Part shown: positions 20,302 through 30,018 of the stretch, piece after piece
How the letters are laid out: the number at the start of each line of letters is the position of its first letter
Numbering within the stretch: the stretch's first letter is position 1
Assembly (NCBI GenBank): GCA_006226545.1
Contig: SBGR01000006.1
Location: 18,930-82,929 of the forward strand
Length of the DNA: 64,000 bases
Direction of reading: 5' to 3'
Source: Bacteroidota bacterium
GTDB lineage: Bacteria > Bacteroidota > Bacteroidia > UBA8524
Made by a program: the position numbers and the translations under genes
The notes under the pieces: model-generated
What the model was told of the DNA's origin: nothing
The model's input: the letters and a program-made list of their open reading frames with translations, nothing else
The model's database searches: none

Positions 20302-20331
20302 ACCACCATCACACGATGGTGGTTTTTTTTA
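20302..20331 (+). terminator. rho-independent terminator after tlpA-like gene
   Basis: Hairpin ACCACCATC-ACAC-GATGGTGGT followed by a T8 run. Confidence 0.7.
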
Positions 20332-20343
20332 TTAATTTCCGCC

Positions 20344-21417
20344 ATGCTTCGGCGATTCACACACTTTATCGGATACCTTTCGGCCTTTATTTTGCCGCTT
20401 CTCTTTTTGGTTTCCTTGCAGTATCGCTCTTATTGGGTTGGCTTGGTTCCTTTTTATGCCTTGGTGATTATCCCATTATTGGATCACCTGAGTACGCCTA
20501 ACCACAACTCCCTTAAACCCAAAGAAGCCTTCCCTCTTGGCTTTTATCAATTCATATTAGTTGCCTGGACTATAATTCAGACAAGCCTATTACTCTATGC
20601 TTTAATCGAGTTAAATGCATATCCTCCAAGTAGCCTAAGCGAAGGCCTCTTCCTTACTTGGAGCATGGGCATCATTACAGGAGGCATTGGAATCACCGTT
20701 GCCCACGAGCTGGTGCACAAAAAAGAAACATGGGCCAAGCAGGCCGGGGCCTTTCTACTTTCCAGTGTGGCCTATACCCATTTCAGTATTCAACACATTG
20801 AAGGACATCACGTGCTCGTGGGCACGAAAGAAGATGCGGTAACCGCGCCCAGAGGAACTTCAGTTTACCGATTTCTAGTTCGTGCTATTCCGCATGCGTG
20901 GCTGCAAGCCTGGGATATTGAAAAAAGAAAACTGGAGCGAAAGCAAAAAGGGGTTTGGACTTACCATAATCGAATGCTGCGTTATATGGCAGGAATACTC
21001 CTGACATTCGGTATGTTTCTAAGCACAGCTTACTTCGTTCAAGGTTTTGTGCATCCTTTTCTTTTCGTCTTTATGCTTGGACAGGCTATTGTTGCCTTTA
21101 GTTTATTGGAGATGGTGGAATACTTGGAGCATTACGGGTTAACGCGACAAATGAAAGGAAACCGATTGGAGCCCGTGGCTTACCACCACAGCTGGAACTC
21201 CGGACACCGAACTAGTAATTTCTTTTTGTTTCAGCTGCAACGTCACCCGGATCACCATGGTGACTGGATGAAATGGTATCCGTATTTGGAAAGTAAAACG
21301 GAAAGTCCACAATTGCCCTCCGGCTATCCTGCTATGCTTGTATTGGCTGCCATTCCTTCACTCTGGTTTAAGGTAATGGACCCAATATTGGATGAATACT
21401 TGAAAGGTCGTGATTAG
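20344..21417 (+). CDS. alkB: integral-membrane alkane 1-monooxygenase (AlkB) / fatty acid desaturase family
   Basis: His-box motifs HELVHKK, EGHHVLVGT, NYLEHYGL-like (VEYLEHYGL) and LQRHPDHH, matching the AlkB hydroxylase pattern. Confidence 0.7.
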   Translation: MLRRFTHFIGYLSAFILPLLFLVSLQYRSYWVGLVPFYALVIIPLLDHLSTPNHNSLKPKEAFPLGFYQFILVAWTIIQTSLLLYALIELNAYPPSSLSEGLFLTWSMGIITGGIGITVAHELVHKKETWAKQAGAFLLSSVAYTHFSIQHIEGHHVLVGTKEDAVTAPRGTSVYRFLVRAIPHAWLQAWDIEKRKLERKQKGVWTYHNRMLRYMAGILLTFGMFLSTAYFVQGFVHPFLFVFMLGQAIVAFSLLEMVEYLEHYGLTRQMKGNRLEPVAYHHSWNSGHRTSNFFLFQLQRHPDHHGDWMKWYPYLESKTESPQLPSGYPAMLVLAAIPSLWFKVMDPILDEYLKGRD

Positions 21418-21442
21418 TGAGGTATGCGTAATGTGATGGTAC

Positions 21443-21486
21443 TTGGTGTATGGTAATTGGTATTTGGTATTTGGTATTTGATATTT
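21443..21486. repeat. heptamer microsatellite (GGTATTT-like x ~5)
   Basis: The sequence tggtaattggtatttggtatttggtatttgatatttgg can be read directly. Confidence 0.7.
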
Positions 21487-21495
21487 GGAAATTAC

Positions 21496-21590
21496 TAAAT
21501 CCTCAACCTCAACTTAAATCCTCAACCTCAACTTAAATCCTCAACCTCAACTTAAATCCTCAACCTCAACTTAAATCCTCATCCTCACCC
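21496..21590. repeat. 19-bp tandem direct repeat (TAAATCCTCAACCTCAACT) x4 plus one degenerate copy
   Basis: Four perfect head-to-tail copies and a fifth diverged copy. It sits between the convergent alkB and ZIP genes, and the last copy overlaps the ZIP stop. Confidence 0.85.
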
Positions 21591-22412
21591 CAACCCCACA
21601 TCCAAGGCCATCATCACTACAAAACCGAGAATGAGTCCCATGGTCGCTAAGTCGGTGAATTTATCTTGCTGCGTCTCCGGAATTACTTCTTCCACTACTA
21701 CGTATATCATGGCTCCAGCGGCGAATGCCAAAGCATAAGGCAAAATCGGCTGTGCGTATGCTACGGCTATCGCGCCAATTACACCGGCAACGGGTTCTAC
21801 CAAGGCGCTGGATTGTCCCCACCAGAAGCTTTGCCATCTGCTTAAGCCCATACGGCGCAAGGGTACAGCCACGGCAATGCCTTCCGGGAAGTTCTGAATA
21901 CCAATACCAATCGCTAGAGCCATAGCCGAACCAAAGGAGAAATCAGGGTGTCCCATACCTACTGCACCAAACGATACCCCTACAGCAAGTCCTTCAGGAA
22001 TATTGTGTAGTGTTATCGCTAAAACCAAAAGGATGGTGCGGTTCCAACCGGTTTTAATCCCCTCACTTTCTGCAATAGGCGCGTTCAAGTGCAAGTGAGG
22101 TAATATTTTATCTATCAAGTAGATAAATGCGGCCCCGCCAATAAAACCAACTGCCGCCGGGACCCAGGCCATGCCGGGCGAAAAGCTCTTTTCAGATAAT
22201 TCAATAGCCGGATTTAAAAGCGACCAAAAGCTGGCGGCAATCATAACCCCACCGGTGAATCCCAACATCAAATCGAGCCATTTTCTGCTCAAGTTTTTGA
22301 AGAAAAAAACGAATGCTGCGCCCAAAGCCGTCAAGCCCCATGTGAAGGTAGTTCCCATTAAAGCTTGCAGGGTAGCGCTCTGCTCGCGAAACCAATCGAT
22401 CATGTGTTCCAT
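21585..22412 (-). CDS. ZIP family divalent metal (Zn/Mn/Fe) transporter
   Basis: 275 aa polytopic protein. Twin HNxPEG motifs (HNIPEGLAVGV and QNFPEGIAVAV) characterise ZupT/GufA-type ZIP transporters. Confidence 0.75.
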   Translation of the reverse strand: MEHMIDWFREQSATLQALMGTTFTWGLTALGAAFVFFFKNLSRKWLDLMLGFTGGVMIAASFWSLLNPAIELSEKSFSPGMAWVPAAVGFIGGAAFIYLIDKILPHLHLNAPIAESEGIKTGWNRTILLVLAITLHNIPEGLAVGVSFGAVGMGHPDFSFGSAMALAIGIGIQNFPEGIAVAVPLRRMGLSRWQSFWWGQSSALVEPVAGVIGAIAVAYAQPILPYALAFAAGAMIYVVVEEVIPETQQDKFTDLATMGLILGFVVMMALDVGLG

Positions 22413-22413
22413 C

Positions 22414-23067
22414 CTAAATCGCTTTAACTAAAATATGTGTACAGGATTTTTGTCCTAAGAAAATAGCATTCCCTTCTTTCAATTGAAGTTCAATGCTGCC
22501 GTCAAACTCGTTGATATCGTTTACACTCAACTCGGTTCCAATGGCCAGTCCCCATTTCTCTAACATCTTTAAAAACGCCGGACTGTGATCGCTTACGCCG
22601 GTGAGAACATAAGCCTTGTTCTTTTCGGCTTTGGTCAATTCAATGAAGTTATTCTTAGCGAATTTGCCCTGTTTATCCGGGATAGGATCGCCGTGTGGGT
22701 CGTATTTTGGGTAGTTCAGGAAGGCATCGAGTCTGTCGATCAGGGCATCCGACTGAATATGCTCTAGCTGTTCAGCCATCTCATGCACTTCTTCCCAGCC
22801 AAATTCGAGTTTATCGTAGAGGAATACCTCCCATAAGCGGTGCTTACGAACCACGCTAACGGCCACATCACGGCCTTTATCTGAAAGACTAACACCTTTA
22901 TACTTTTCGTAATCTACCAATTCCTTTTCCGATAATTTCTTGATCATATCCGTAACGGAAGCCGCACGGGTATTCATTTCTTCGGCCAATGCATTGGTAC
23001 TTACTTCTCCTCCATCCGATAGTTTAAATATCGCTTTGAGGTAGTTTTCTTCTGTAAAGGAATACAT
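22414..23067 (-). CDS. DtxR/MntR-family metal-dependent transcriptional regulator with C-terminal FeoA/SH3-like domain
   Basis: N-terminal winged HTH, then a metal-binding or dimerisation region, then a C-terminal SH3-like domain. Ends 1 bp before the ZIP gene. Confidence 0.75.
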   Translation of the reverse strand: MYSFTEENYLKAIFKLSDGGEVSTNALAEEMNTRAASVTDMIKKLSEKELVDYEKYKGVSLSDKGRDVAVSVVRKHRLWEVFLYDKLEFGWEEVHEMAEQLEHIQSDALIDRLDAFLNYPKYDPHGDPIPDKQGKFAKNNFIELTKAEKNKAYVLTGVSDHSPAFLKMLEKWGLAIGTELSVNDINEFDGSIELQLKEGNAIFLGQKSCTHILVKAI

Positions 23068-23117
23068 GGGTACAAAAGTATTATTTTTAGACTTATCTAA
23101 AAATAGTTTTAGAATTA

Positions 23118-24080
23118 TTACTCTTTCCGGAAAAAGTAAAGTACCGGCTTGAATCCAAAAGCTGCTTCCGAAAGCAGGTAATACCCCGAATCTGTAAGCG
23201 CAATGCTCTCCCCTTGAATCTCCAAGTTATCGTAGGGCAATTGCTTAGGCTCTTGGCTTAATTGATCTCTGAAATCAACACCCGGAACGATAGTCCATTC
23301 CATGATTTGCTGGTAGTTACGCATCGCTATGCTTTTTCCATCAAGCGATGCAGAAGCTGCTGTTGTATAATTGAAAGGAAAACTACCACAGTAAACGAGC
23401 GTATCCGTTTCGCTAAACGACTGTTTATAAGGTAAACCAAATAACATACTTCGGCTTTCACGCTTAGTGACCAGGTAGACATCTCCCCTTTGTGCATCGC
23501 TAAAAAGTGCTTCCACATCATGGGCTTTATCGGGAAATACCAATTCTATATCCTCCGCATCTGCGATTTTCGTGGTGTCTTGAAACAAGCTATCGCCGTA
23601 AACAGGTTCATCAATTCGGTATAAATGAATGGATGTTCTGCTTTGTTGGTTATCACCGAAGTCGCCTAAATACACATAAGCTCCTTGTGCAGTTTTCACC
23701 ACTTCCACATCTTCCCAATCTCTGTTTTTCCAGTTTCCGGCATAAACACTCCATACCAAGGCCCCGTCTGAAAGTCGCATCAAATAGAGGAATGGGTCGT
23801 TTCCCGAATCGTTGTGCACCCAAGCATAACCCGGGTTTTTAAGCGAAGCACTCATGCCACTGAATTCTTTAATCCACAAAACGGTATCGATAGCCTCAGG
23901 TTTTATGGTGTATTGCACGGAGAATTGTAGTCCGCCTGCATTGTATTCCGCCTCAAAAGGAACGTAGTCTTTCCAGTAGTCGAGCGGCGCAGCCTCGGGC
24001 AATTTCACTTCCTTACGACAAGAAATGCTAAGCAGCATAAAAGCCAATAAACGCAGACTCTGGTGTAGTATCATTTTCAA
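23118..24080 (-). CDS. hypothetical lipoprotein (possible beta-propeller fold)
   Basis: 320 aa with a lipobox LLSISC. No recognisable catalytic motif. Confidence 0.35.
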   Translation of the reverse strand: MKMILHQSLRLLAFMLLSISCRKEVKLPEAAPLDYWKDYVPFEAEYNAGGLQFSVQYTIKPEAIDTVLWIKEFSGMSASLKNPGYAWVHNDSGNDPFLYLMRLSDGALVWSVYAGNWKNRDWEDVEVVKTAQGAYVYLGDFGDNQQSRTSIHLYRIDEPVYGDSLFQDTTKIADAEDIELVFPDKAHDVEALFSDAQRGDVYLVTKRESRSMLFGLPYKQSFSETDTLVYCGSFPFNYTTAASASLDGKSIAMRNYQQIMEWTIVPGVDFRDQLSQEPKQLPYDNLEIQGESIALTDSGYYLLSEAAFGFKPVLYFFRKE

Positions 24081-24121
24081 TTGCTATTGTTCTAATCGGG
24101 ATGGAACGCTAGTTTCGCAAC

Positions 24122-25819
24122 ATGCGAGTTAATGAGATCCAAATTCCCTCAGGAAAGATACAATCCTGGGAGCAGATAAAAAGTGTATTTGAACAGCTCT
24201 TTCAAGCTGAAATCAATGATACAGTCGCTTTTGAACTTTGGTTGGAGAAGTTGAGCGATATTGAAAGCTATATCAGCGAAGACCTAGCCTGGCGCTATAT
24301 CCGCATGACCTGCGATACGAATAACCAAGATTTGGAAGCCGATTACTTGAATTTTGTGAGTGAAATTCAACCGCATATTGCTCCTTGGGAGGACAAGCTC
24401 AACCATAAATTGAACAACAGTCCTTTTAAAGGCGAGTTTCAAGATGCGGCTTACGGCATCTACTTCAAGAAAGTATCGCGTTCAATTGAACTGTACCGCG
24501 AAGAGAACATTCCTTTGTTTGTTGAGTTGCAAACCGATTCGCAGAAATACGGCAGCATCAGTGGAGCCATGACTGTAGAATTGGACGGAAATGAACTTAC
24601 CCTTCAGCAAGCCGCTAAATTCCTCAAAAACCCGGATAGAGCGGTTCGACAGAATGCCTTTGAGAAGATTCAAGAAAGAAGACTTGCCGATAAAGACACC
24701 TTAGATGAGCTCTTAAATAAACTCATCAAAACCCGCAATAAGGTAGCCCGCAATGCCGGATTCAACAACTTTAGAGATTACATGCATGAGTCGTTAGGAC
24801 GTTTCGACTACAGCATTGAAGATTGTTTCAAATTTCACGATGCCGTTGAATCGGCCGTTGTTCCTTTCGCTAAGAAATTAAGCGAAGAACGGTTGGCCGC
24901 CTTGGGTTACGATACGTTAAAACCTTGGGACGGAGATGTTGATTTGAGCGGAAAAGCAGCACTGCATCCTTTTAGCGAAGGAAAAGAGCTGGCAGCCAAA
25001 ACCATCACAGCCTTTGACCGCCTCGATCCATTTTTTGGCGATGTTATTCGCACCATGCAAAGCAAAGGGCAACTCGACCTAGACAGTCGCAAAGGCAAGG
25101 CACCGGGTGGCTATAATTATCCTCTTGCTGTAACCGGGTATCCTTTCATCTTTATGAATGCAGCCGGCACTCAGCGCGATTTGGAAACCATGGTTCACGA
25201 AGGCGGACACGCCATTCACTCGGTTCTGACTAAAGACTTAAAGCTACAAGCGTTTAAAGACTTCCCTAGCGAAGTAGCCGAATTGGCCTCCATGAGCATG
25301 GAATTGATTAGCATGGACGTTTGGGACGAATTTTACCCAAACCCGGAAGACTTAAACCGCGCTAAAGCGGAGCAATTGGAAGGTGTATTGAAAACCTTGC
25401 CTTGGATTGCCACCGTTGATGCATTCCAGCATTGGCTGTATACCAACGAACATACGGAAGCGCAACGTTTGGAGGCCTGGGAGAACATCTCGTCGCGTTT
25501 CTCATCCGGTTTAACCGACTGGACCGGTCACGAAACAGCCAAACTGTATACTTGGCAAAAACAGCTTCACATCTACGAGGTACCTTTCTACTATATCGAA
25601 TACGGTTTCGCTCAATTGGGCGCCATTGCGGTGTGGAAAAACTACATGGAAAACAAAGCGAAAGGCCTTCAACAATACAAGGATGCTTTGAGCTTAGGTT
25701 ATACTCAGGCCATCCCTGAAATCTACAAAACATCCGGAGCACGTTTCGACTTCTCCAATGCCTATGTGCAGGAATTGATGGATTTTGTTTACAGCGAATA
25801 CCAAAAAGTTAAAGCATGA
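24122..25819 (+). CDS. M3 family oligoendopeptidase (PepF-like)
   Basis: 565 aa with the zinc motif HEGGHAIH, and M3B-like length and layout. Confidence 0.7.
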   Translation: MRVNEIQIPSGKIQSWEQIKSVFEQLFQAEINDTVAFELWLEKLSDIESYISEDLAWRYIRMTCDTNNQDLEADYLNFVSEIQPHIAPWEDKLNHKLNNSPFKGEFQDAAYGIYFKKVSRSIELYREENIPLFVELQTDSQKYGSISGAMTVELDGNELTLQQAAKFLKNPDRAVRQNAFEKIQERRLADKDTLDELLNKLIKTRNKVARNAGFNNFRDYMHESLGRFDYSIEDCFKFHDAVESAVVPFAKKLSEERLAALGYDTLKPWDGDVDLSGKAALHPFSEGKELAAKTITAFDRLDPFFGDVIRTMQSKGQLDLDSRKGKAPGGYNYPLAVTGYPFIFMNAAGTQRDLETMVHEGGHAIHSVLTKDLKLQAFKDFPSEVAELASMSMELISMDVWDEFYPNPEDLNRAKAEQLEGVLKTLPWIATVDAFQHWLYTNEHTEAQRLEAWENISSRFSSGLTDWTGHETAKLYTWQKQLHIYEVPFYYIEYGFAQLGAIAVWKNYMENKAKGLQQYKDALSLGYTQAIPEIYKTSGARFDFSNAYVQELMDFVYSEYQKVKA

Positions 25820-26427
25820 AAATCATTTGCATAGGCCGGAATTACAGGGATCACGCAAAAGAATTGAATAACGATATTCCTACCGAGCCGGTTATTTTTC
25901 TAAAACCCGACACGGCAGTATTGAAAGACGGGCAGGATTTTTACTTGCCCGACTTGTTTCAAGAAGTGCATCACGAGGTAGAGCTCTTGGTTCGCATTGA
26001 CAGGCACGGTAAAAACATCCAAAGTAAGTTTGCTCATAAATACTATACACAGATTGGATTGGGTATAGACTTTACTGCTCGCGACAAACAATCGGAATTG
26101 AAGAGCAAAGGCCTCCCTTGGGAACTAGCTAAAGCCTTTGATGGATCTGCGTTCATTTCTTCGTGGCATGCAAAAGAAGATTTTGGCGATTTGATGAACT
26201 TAGAATTCAGTCTAACTAAAAATGGCGCTATGGCTCAAAAAGGCACGAGTGCAGACATGCTCTTTTCCATTGATGAAATGATTGCTTTCGTTTCCCAATA
26301 CTTTACGCTAAGAACAGGCGATATTCTGTTTACCGGCACTCCGGCTGGTGTATCGGCCGTTCAAAAAGGCGACGAATTGGAAGGATTTATACAGAATCAA
26401 AAACTATTCACACTACGGGTAAAATGA
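25816..26427 (+). CDS. fumarylacetoacetate hydrolase (FAH) family protein
   Basis: 203 aa starting MKIICIGRNYRDHAKE, with a typical FAH C-terminal fold. Overlaps the upstream gene by 4 bp. Confidence 0.7.
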   Translation: MKIICIGRNYRDHAKELNNDIPTEPVIFLKPDTAVLKDGQDFYLPDLFQEVHHEVELLVRIDRHGKNIQSKFAHKYYTQIGLGIDFTARDKQSELKSKGLPWELAKAFDGSAFISSWHAKEDFGDLMNLEFSLTKNGAMAQKGTSADMLFSIDEMIAFVSQYFTLRTGDILFTGTPAGVSAVQKGDELEGFIQNQKLFTLRVK

Positions 26428-26455
26428 GGACCGTGTTTTTTACACGCTCTTTGTT

Positions 26456-28138
26456 ATGTTTGTGTGGATGGGAGGCAAACGGAAACTAGTATTAGGTATA
26501 TTTGTCCTATTTAGTTCCTTGATTATCAAGGCACAAAATAGCCAGACCTCATTCTTATTTCCACTTGACACACCCGCTTATCTTTCAGGTACCTTTGGCG
26601 AATTCAGGGGTTCTCACTTCCATGCCGGCATTGATATTAAGACTTTCGGTCAAGAAGGCTTAAAGGTATTATCTGCAGAAGATGGCTATGTTTCGCGTAT
26701 AAAGATCTCTCCATACGGATACGGCAAAGCCATTTACATCACACACAACAATGGCTATACTTCGGTATACGGTCATTTAAGCAAGTTCTCACCTGAGATT
26801 GAAGCCTATGTGCGCAGGCAGCAATACGCTAAACGATCCTATAGCATCGAGTTGTTTCCTAAGAAAACGCAGTTCAGAGTAAGAAAAGGAAAGCTGATAG
26901 CGTATAGCGGTAATACGGGTGGTTCTGCAGCTCCACACCTGCATTTTGAAATCAGAGACTCCAAGACACAAGAAATACTCAATCCACTGAATTTTAACTT
27001 AGGAATAGCAGATTCTGTTCAGCCTTTGCTGGTTGGAGGTTTCCTCTTTAAACGAGACCGCGAATTCCGGATGGAAAACGGGGTTTACCCGGAACAAAAC
27101 CGTTTCGACTTAAGTGGGTCTGATACCATTCGTATTTCTGTTCCGGTGGGCACGTATGGCATTGCTATCGCTGCAAAAGACTTTCTAAATCACGATACAA
27201 GCAGCACCTTGGGCATATACGGAATTGAGGTTTGGCGAGGGGTTGAAAAGATCTACGCTCGACAATTTGATCGCTTTTCGTTCTCAGATGCGCACTATAT
27301 TGACTTATTGAGCACGTATATCAAATCCTACCCTCCGGTAGAATACTGTTTCAAAGAAGGGTGGATAAGTCATGGCCTAAGTCATTACAAAGAAAACGGC
27401 TGGATGGAGGTTTTCAATAACCAACTTGACACCATTCGGGTTAAACTCTACGATGAAAAGAACAATACCAAAGAGAAACTGATTGTGATAAGTGGTGTGC
27501 TTCAAGAAGAATCAGGTCCTCCAAAGGTAAACGTAGTAAAAGGCGACATACTCTTCAAGCAGTCGCATACCTTCACTCCTGCCGATGGTTATGCCATTGA
27601 TTTCTTTGCGGGCTCCTTTTTCGACAGCACCCGAGTGAAAGTATCCTTGCAAGGTGAAAATCCGGACACCCTATTAATTCAGCCGTTGGACTTCTTTTCC
27701 CATGAACGTTTCCGCCTTATCTATCCGCTCAATGACGAGCAGATGACACAAGCAGATAAATGGTGTATTGCGCGAATAGAGGAAGATGGATCCATTAGTT
27801 ATGTTGGCTCACAGCAAGCCGGCAAACAAGTAAGCGCCAAGACTAAGGCGTTTGGGCGTTTCATTTTGACTAAAGATGAGATTGCACCTCAAATTGGCGA
27901 TATCCAGGTGGAGGGATCATTCATACGGATTTCTGTAGAGGATAATTTTTCCGGAATCAACCGGTATACAGGCACCATCAACAACCGCTGGTTCCTTTTA
28001 GAATACGATCCAAAGACCAATACCTTAACCGGCGATTTGAGTAATTATAAGTCGGGTGAAAAACTAGACTTCAAATTGATTGTTAAAGATAATGCTGAGA
28101 ATACCTCAGAAATAACACAAAGCATACAAGTACCATGA
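26456..28138 (+). CDS. M23 family metallopeptidase with large C-terminal extension
   Basis: M23 motifs HFHAGIDIK and GNTGGSAAPHLHFEI, plus a signal peptide. Confidence 0.7.
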   Translation: MFVWMGGKRKLVLGIFVLFSSLIIKAQNSQTSFLFPLDTPAYLSGTFGEFRGSHFHAGIDIKTFGQEGLKVLSAEDGYVSRIKISPYGYGKAIYITHNNGYTSVYGHLSKFSPEIEAYVRRQQYAKRSYSIELFPKKTQFRVRKGKLIAYSGNTGGSAAPHLHFEIRDSKTQEILNPLNFNLGIADSVQPLLVGGFLFKRDREFRMENGVYPEQNRFDLSGSDTIRISVPVGTYGIAIAAKDFLNHDTSSTLGIYGIEVWRGVEKIYARQFDRFSFSDAHYIDLLSTYIKSYPPVEYCFKEGWISHGLSHYKENGWMEVFNNQLDTIRVKLYDEKNNTKEKLIVISGVLQEESGPPKVNVVKGDILFKQSHTFTPADGYAIDFFAGSFFDSTRVKVSLQGENPDTLLIQPLDFFSHERFRLIYPLNDEQMTQADKWCIARIEEDGSISYVGSQQAGKQVSAKTKAFGRFILTKDEIAPQIGDIQVEGSFIRISVEDNFSGINRYTGTINNRWFLLEYDPKTNTLTGDLSNYKSGEKLDFKLIVKDNAENTSEITQSIQVP

Positions 28139-28584
28139 ATTTAGCAGCAGGCGATAAAGCCCCCAACTTCAACTCCATTAACCAAAGTGAAAAGACCGTT
28201 CAATTGAGCGATTATACCGGCAAAAAGCTGGTTTTATACTTCTATCCTAAAGACGATACCCCGGGTTGCACAGCAGAAGCGTGTAATCTCCGCGACAACT
28301 ACGACAACCTCATTAAAAAAGGTTATGCCATCTTGGGTGTTAGTCCGGATACAGCTAAAAAACACCAGAAGTTCATTGAGAAATATGAGCTCCCTTTTGA
28401 CCTGCTCGTTGATACCGATCATGCCATTGCCGAAGCTTACGGCGTATGGGTTGAGAAAAGCATGTACGGTCGCAAGTACATGGGCATTGCCAGAACCACC
28501 TTCATCATCAATGAATCAGGTATTATTGAAGAAGTGATTGAGAAGGTGAATACCAAAAATCACACGGATCAAATCCTTAAATAG
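28135..28584 (+). CDS. bcp: thiol peroxidase Bcp (peroxiredoxin Q)
   Basis: Motif FYPKDDTPGCTAEAC. Overlaps the M23 gene by 4 bp. Confidence 0.8.
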   Translation: MNLAAGDKAPNFNSINQSEKTVQLSDYTGKKLVLYFYPKDDTPGCTAEACNLRDNYDNLIKKGYAILGVSPDTAKKHQKFIEKYELPFDLLVDTDHAIAEAYGVWVEKSMYGRKYMGIARTTFIINESGIIEEVIEKVNTKNHTDQILK

Positions 28585-29929
28585 TCTTCAGGTAGTCGAA
28601 GTTCAGGTTATTGAAGTTCCCTGAACTCATCAGCAATAGCACGCTATTCTGATAGTTCTGGGCTTTGAGGTATTCATCTAGAAACGCTGAATCGGTGATA
28701 ACCTGGACATCGCCTCCAAAAGCTTCGCATACTTCTTCCGGATCCAAGGCTTCCAATTTCTTGTGGGCAATCACTTCCGGATTGAAATACACAATGGCCA
28801 TATCTGCGCCTTCCAAACATTGGTGGTATTCGTCTAGAAAAGCTTTGGTAAGCGAACTGAAGGTATGCAACTCAAACACCGCGATAAGTTTCTCGCTCGG
28901 GTATTGTGTTCTAACGCTTTGCACCGTTGCCTTAAGTTTACTTGGCGAGTGAGCGAAATCGCGGTAGGCTTTAAATGAATCAGTTTCGGCAATTAATTCC
29001 AATCTTCTGGCCGTGCCTTTAAACGACTGCATGGCTTGCAAGGCTTCTACTCTGCTGATTCCAATTTGCTCAACCAAAGCAATAGCACCGGCCATGTTTT
29101 CAAGGTTATGTTTACCGAAAATCAAAAGAGGGTAATGTGAACCATTTTCAATCACTTCTGTCTTGCCATTTTGAATAACGAAATCCGGGCAAGCATAAGG
29201 AAGCAAGTTCAAATCAGAGCGTTCATTACACAAATCGGTTAAAGTCTGATCTCCGTTGTAATAGGCCAATGGAGCCCCTGCCGGCAATTGATTCAGAAAG
29301 ATACGGAATTGCTCAACGTAGTTCTCCCAAGTTGGAAACACATTGATATGATCCCAAGCGATTCCGGTAAGCTGCGCCATTTGTGGGTGGTAGAAATGAA
29401 ATTTCGGACGAGGATCTAGCGCGCTATTCAGGTATTCATCTCCTTCTATCACGATATAGGGTGCATCGCTCAATTGAACCATGGTATCGTAGCCATCGAT
29501 GATGGAACCCACCAAGTAATCAAAAGCATATCCACGTTCTTTCAGAATATGCATCACCATGGCTGTGGTGGTGGTTTTTCCGTGACTTCCTCCTATAACA
29601 ATGCGGGTTTTATCTTGCGCATGTTCGTAGACAAATTCAGGAAATGAATAGACTTTCAGGTCGAGTTCTTTCGCTTTCAGTAATTCGGGGTTATCAGCCC
29701 TGGCATGCATGCCTAGAATTACCACGTCTAAGTTGTTTGTGATCTTATCCGGGAACCAGCCAAATTCTGCAGGTGCAATACCTACCCTTTTCAGTCGACC
29801 GAGGCTCGGCTCAAAAATCTCATCATCACTCCCACTTACTTGCCAACCTAATTGATGTAAACAAAGAGCGAGGTTGTGCATTACCGCTCCGCCTATCGAG
29901 ATAAAATGAACCTTTTTCATGTGAGCCAT
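28577..29929 (-). CDS. mpl: UDP-N-acetylmuramate:L-alanyl-gamma-D-glutamyl-meso-diaminopimelate ligase (Mpl)
   Basis: 450 aa Mur ligase with the P-loop GGSHGKTTTT. The N-terminal Mpl-type segment is FISIGGAVMHNLA. Confidence 0.7.
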   Translation of the reverse strand: MAHMKKVHFISIGGAVMHNLALCLHQLGWQVSGSDDEIFEPSLGRLKRVGIAPAEFGWFPDKITNNLDVVILGMHARADNPELLKAKELDLKVYSFPEFVYEHAQDKTRIVIGGSHGKTTTTAMVMHILKERGYAFDYLVGSIIDGYDTMVQLSDAPYIVIEGDEYLNSALDPRPKFHFYHPQMAQLTGIAWDHINVFPTWENYVEQFRIFLNQLPAGAPLAYYNGDQTLTDLCNERSDLNLLPYACPDFVIQNGKTEVIENGSHYPLLIFGKHNLENMAGAIALVEQIGISRVEALQAMQSFKGTARRLELIAETDSFKAYRDFAHSPSKLKATVQSVRTQYPSEKLIAVFELHTFSSLTKAFLDEYHQCLEGADMAIVYFNPEVIAHKKLEALDPEEVCEAFGGDVQVITDSAFLDEYLKAQNYQNSVLLLMSSGNFNNLNFDYLKTI

Positions 29930-29960
29930 TGTGTGCCTGCAAATAACAAATTATAGTCCT

Positions 29961-29995
29961 GCTAAAAAAGAAAATGGCGCCACTGGGGCGCCATT
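29961..29995 (-). terminator. rho-independent terminator after usp gene (minus strand)
   Basis: On the minus strand the hairpin AATGGCGCC-CCAGT-GGCGCCATT is followed by TTCTTTTTT. Confidence 0.65.
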
Positions 29996-30018
29996 TGTAT
30001 TGTGTGCAAAGCTGTTTA

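Noticed and set aside
21496-21590. Tandem 19-bp repeats considered as a CRISPR array
   Set aside because: Units are directly adjacent with no spacers, the unit is too short, and no cas genes are present. It is a simple minisatellite.
25362-25742. 126-aa minus-strand ORF and 95-aa plus-strand ORF inside the M3 peptidase gene
   Set aside because: Both are embedded in a well-supported, HExxH-containing long ORF. Their Arg-rich, low-complexity translations are typical of out-of-frame artefacts.
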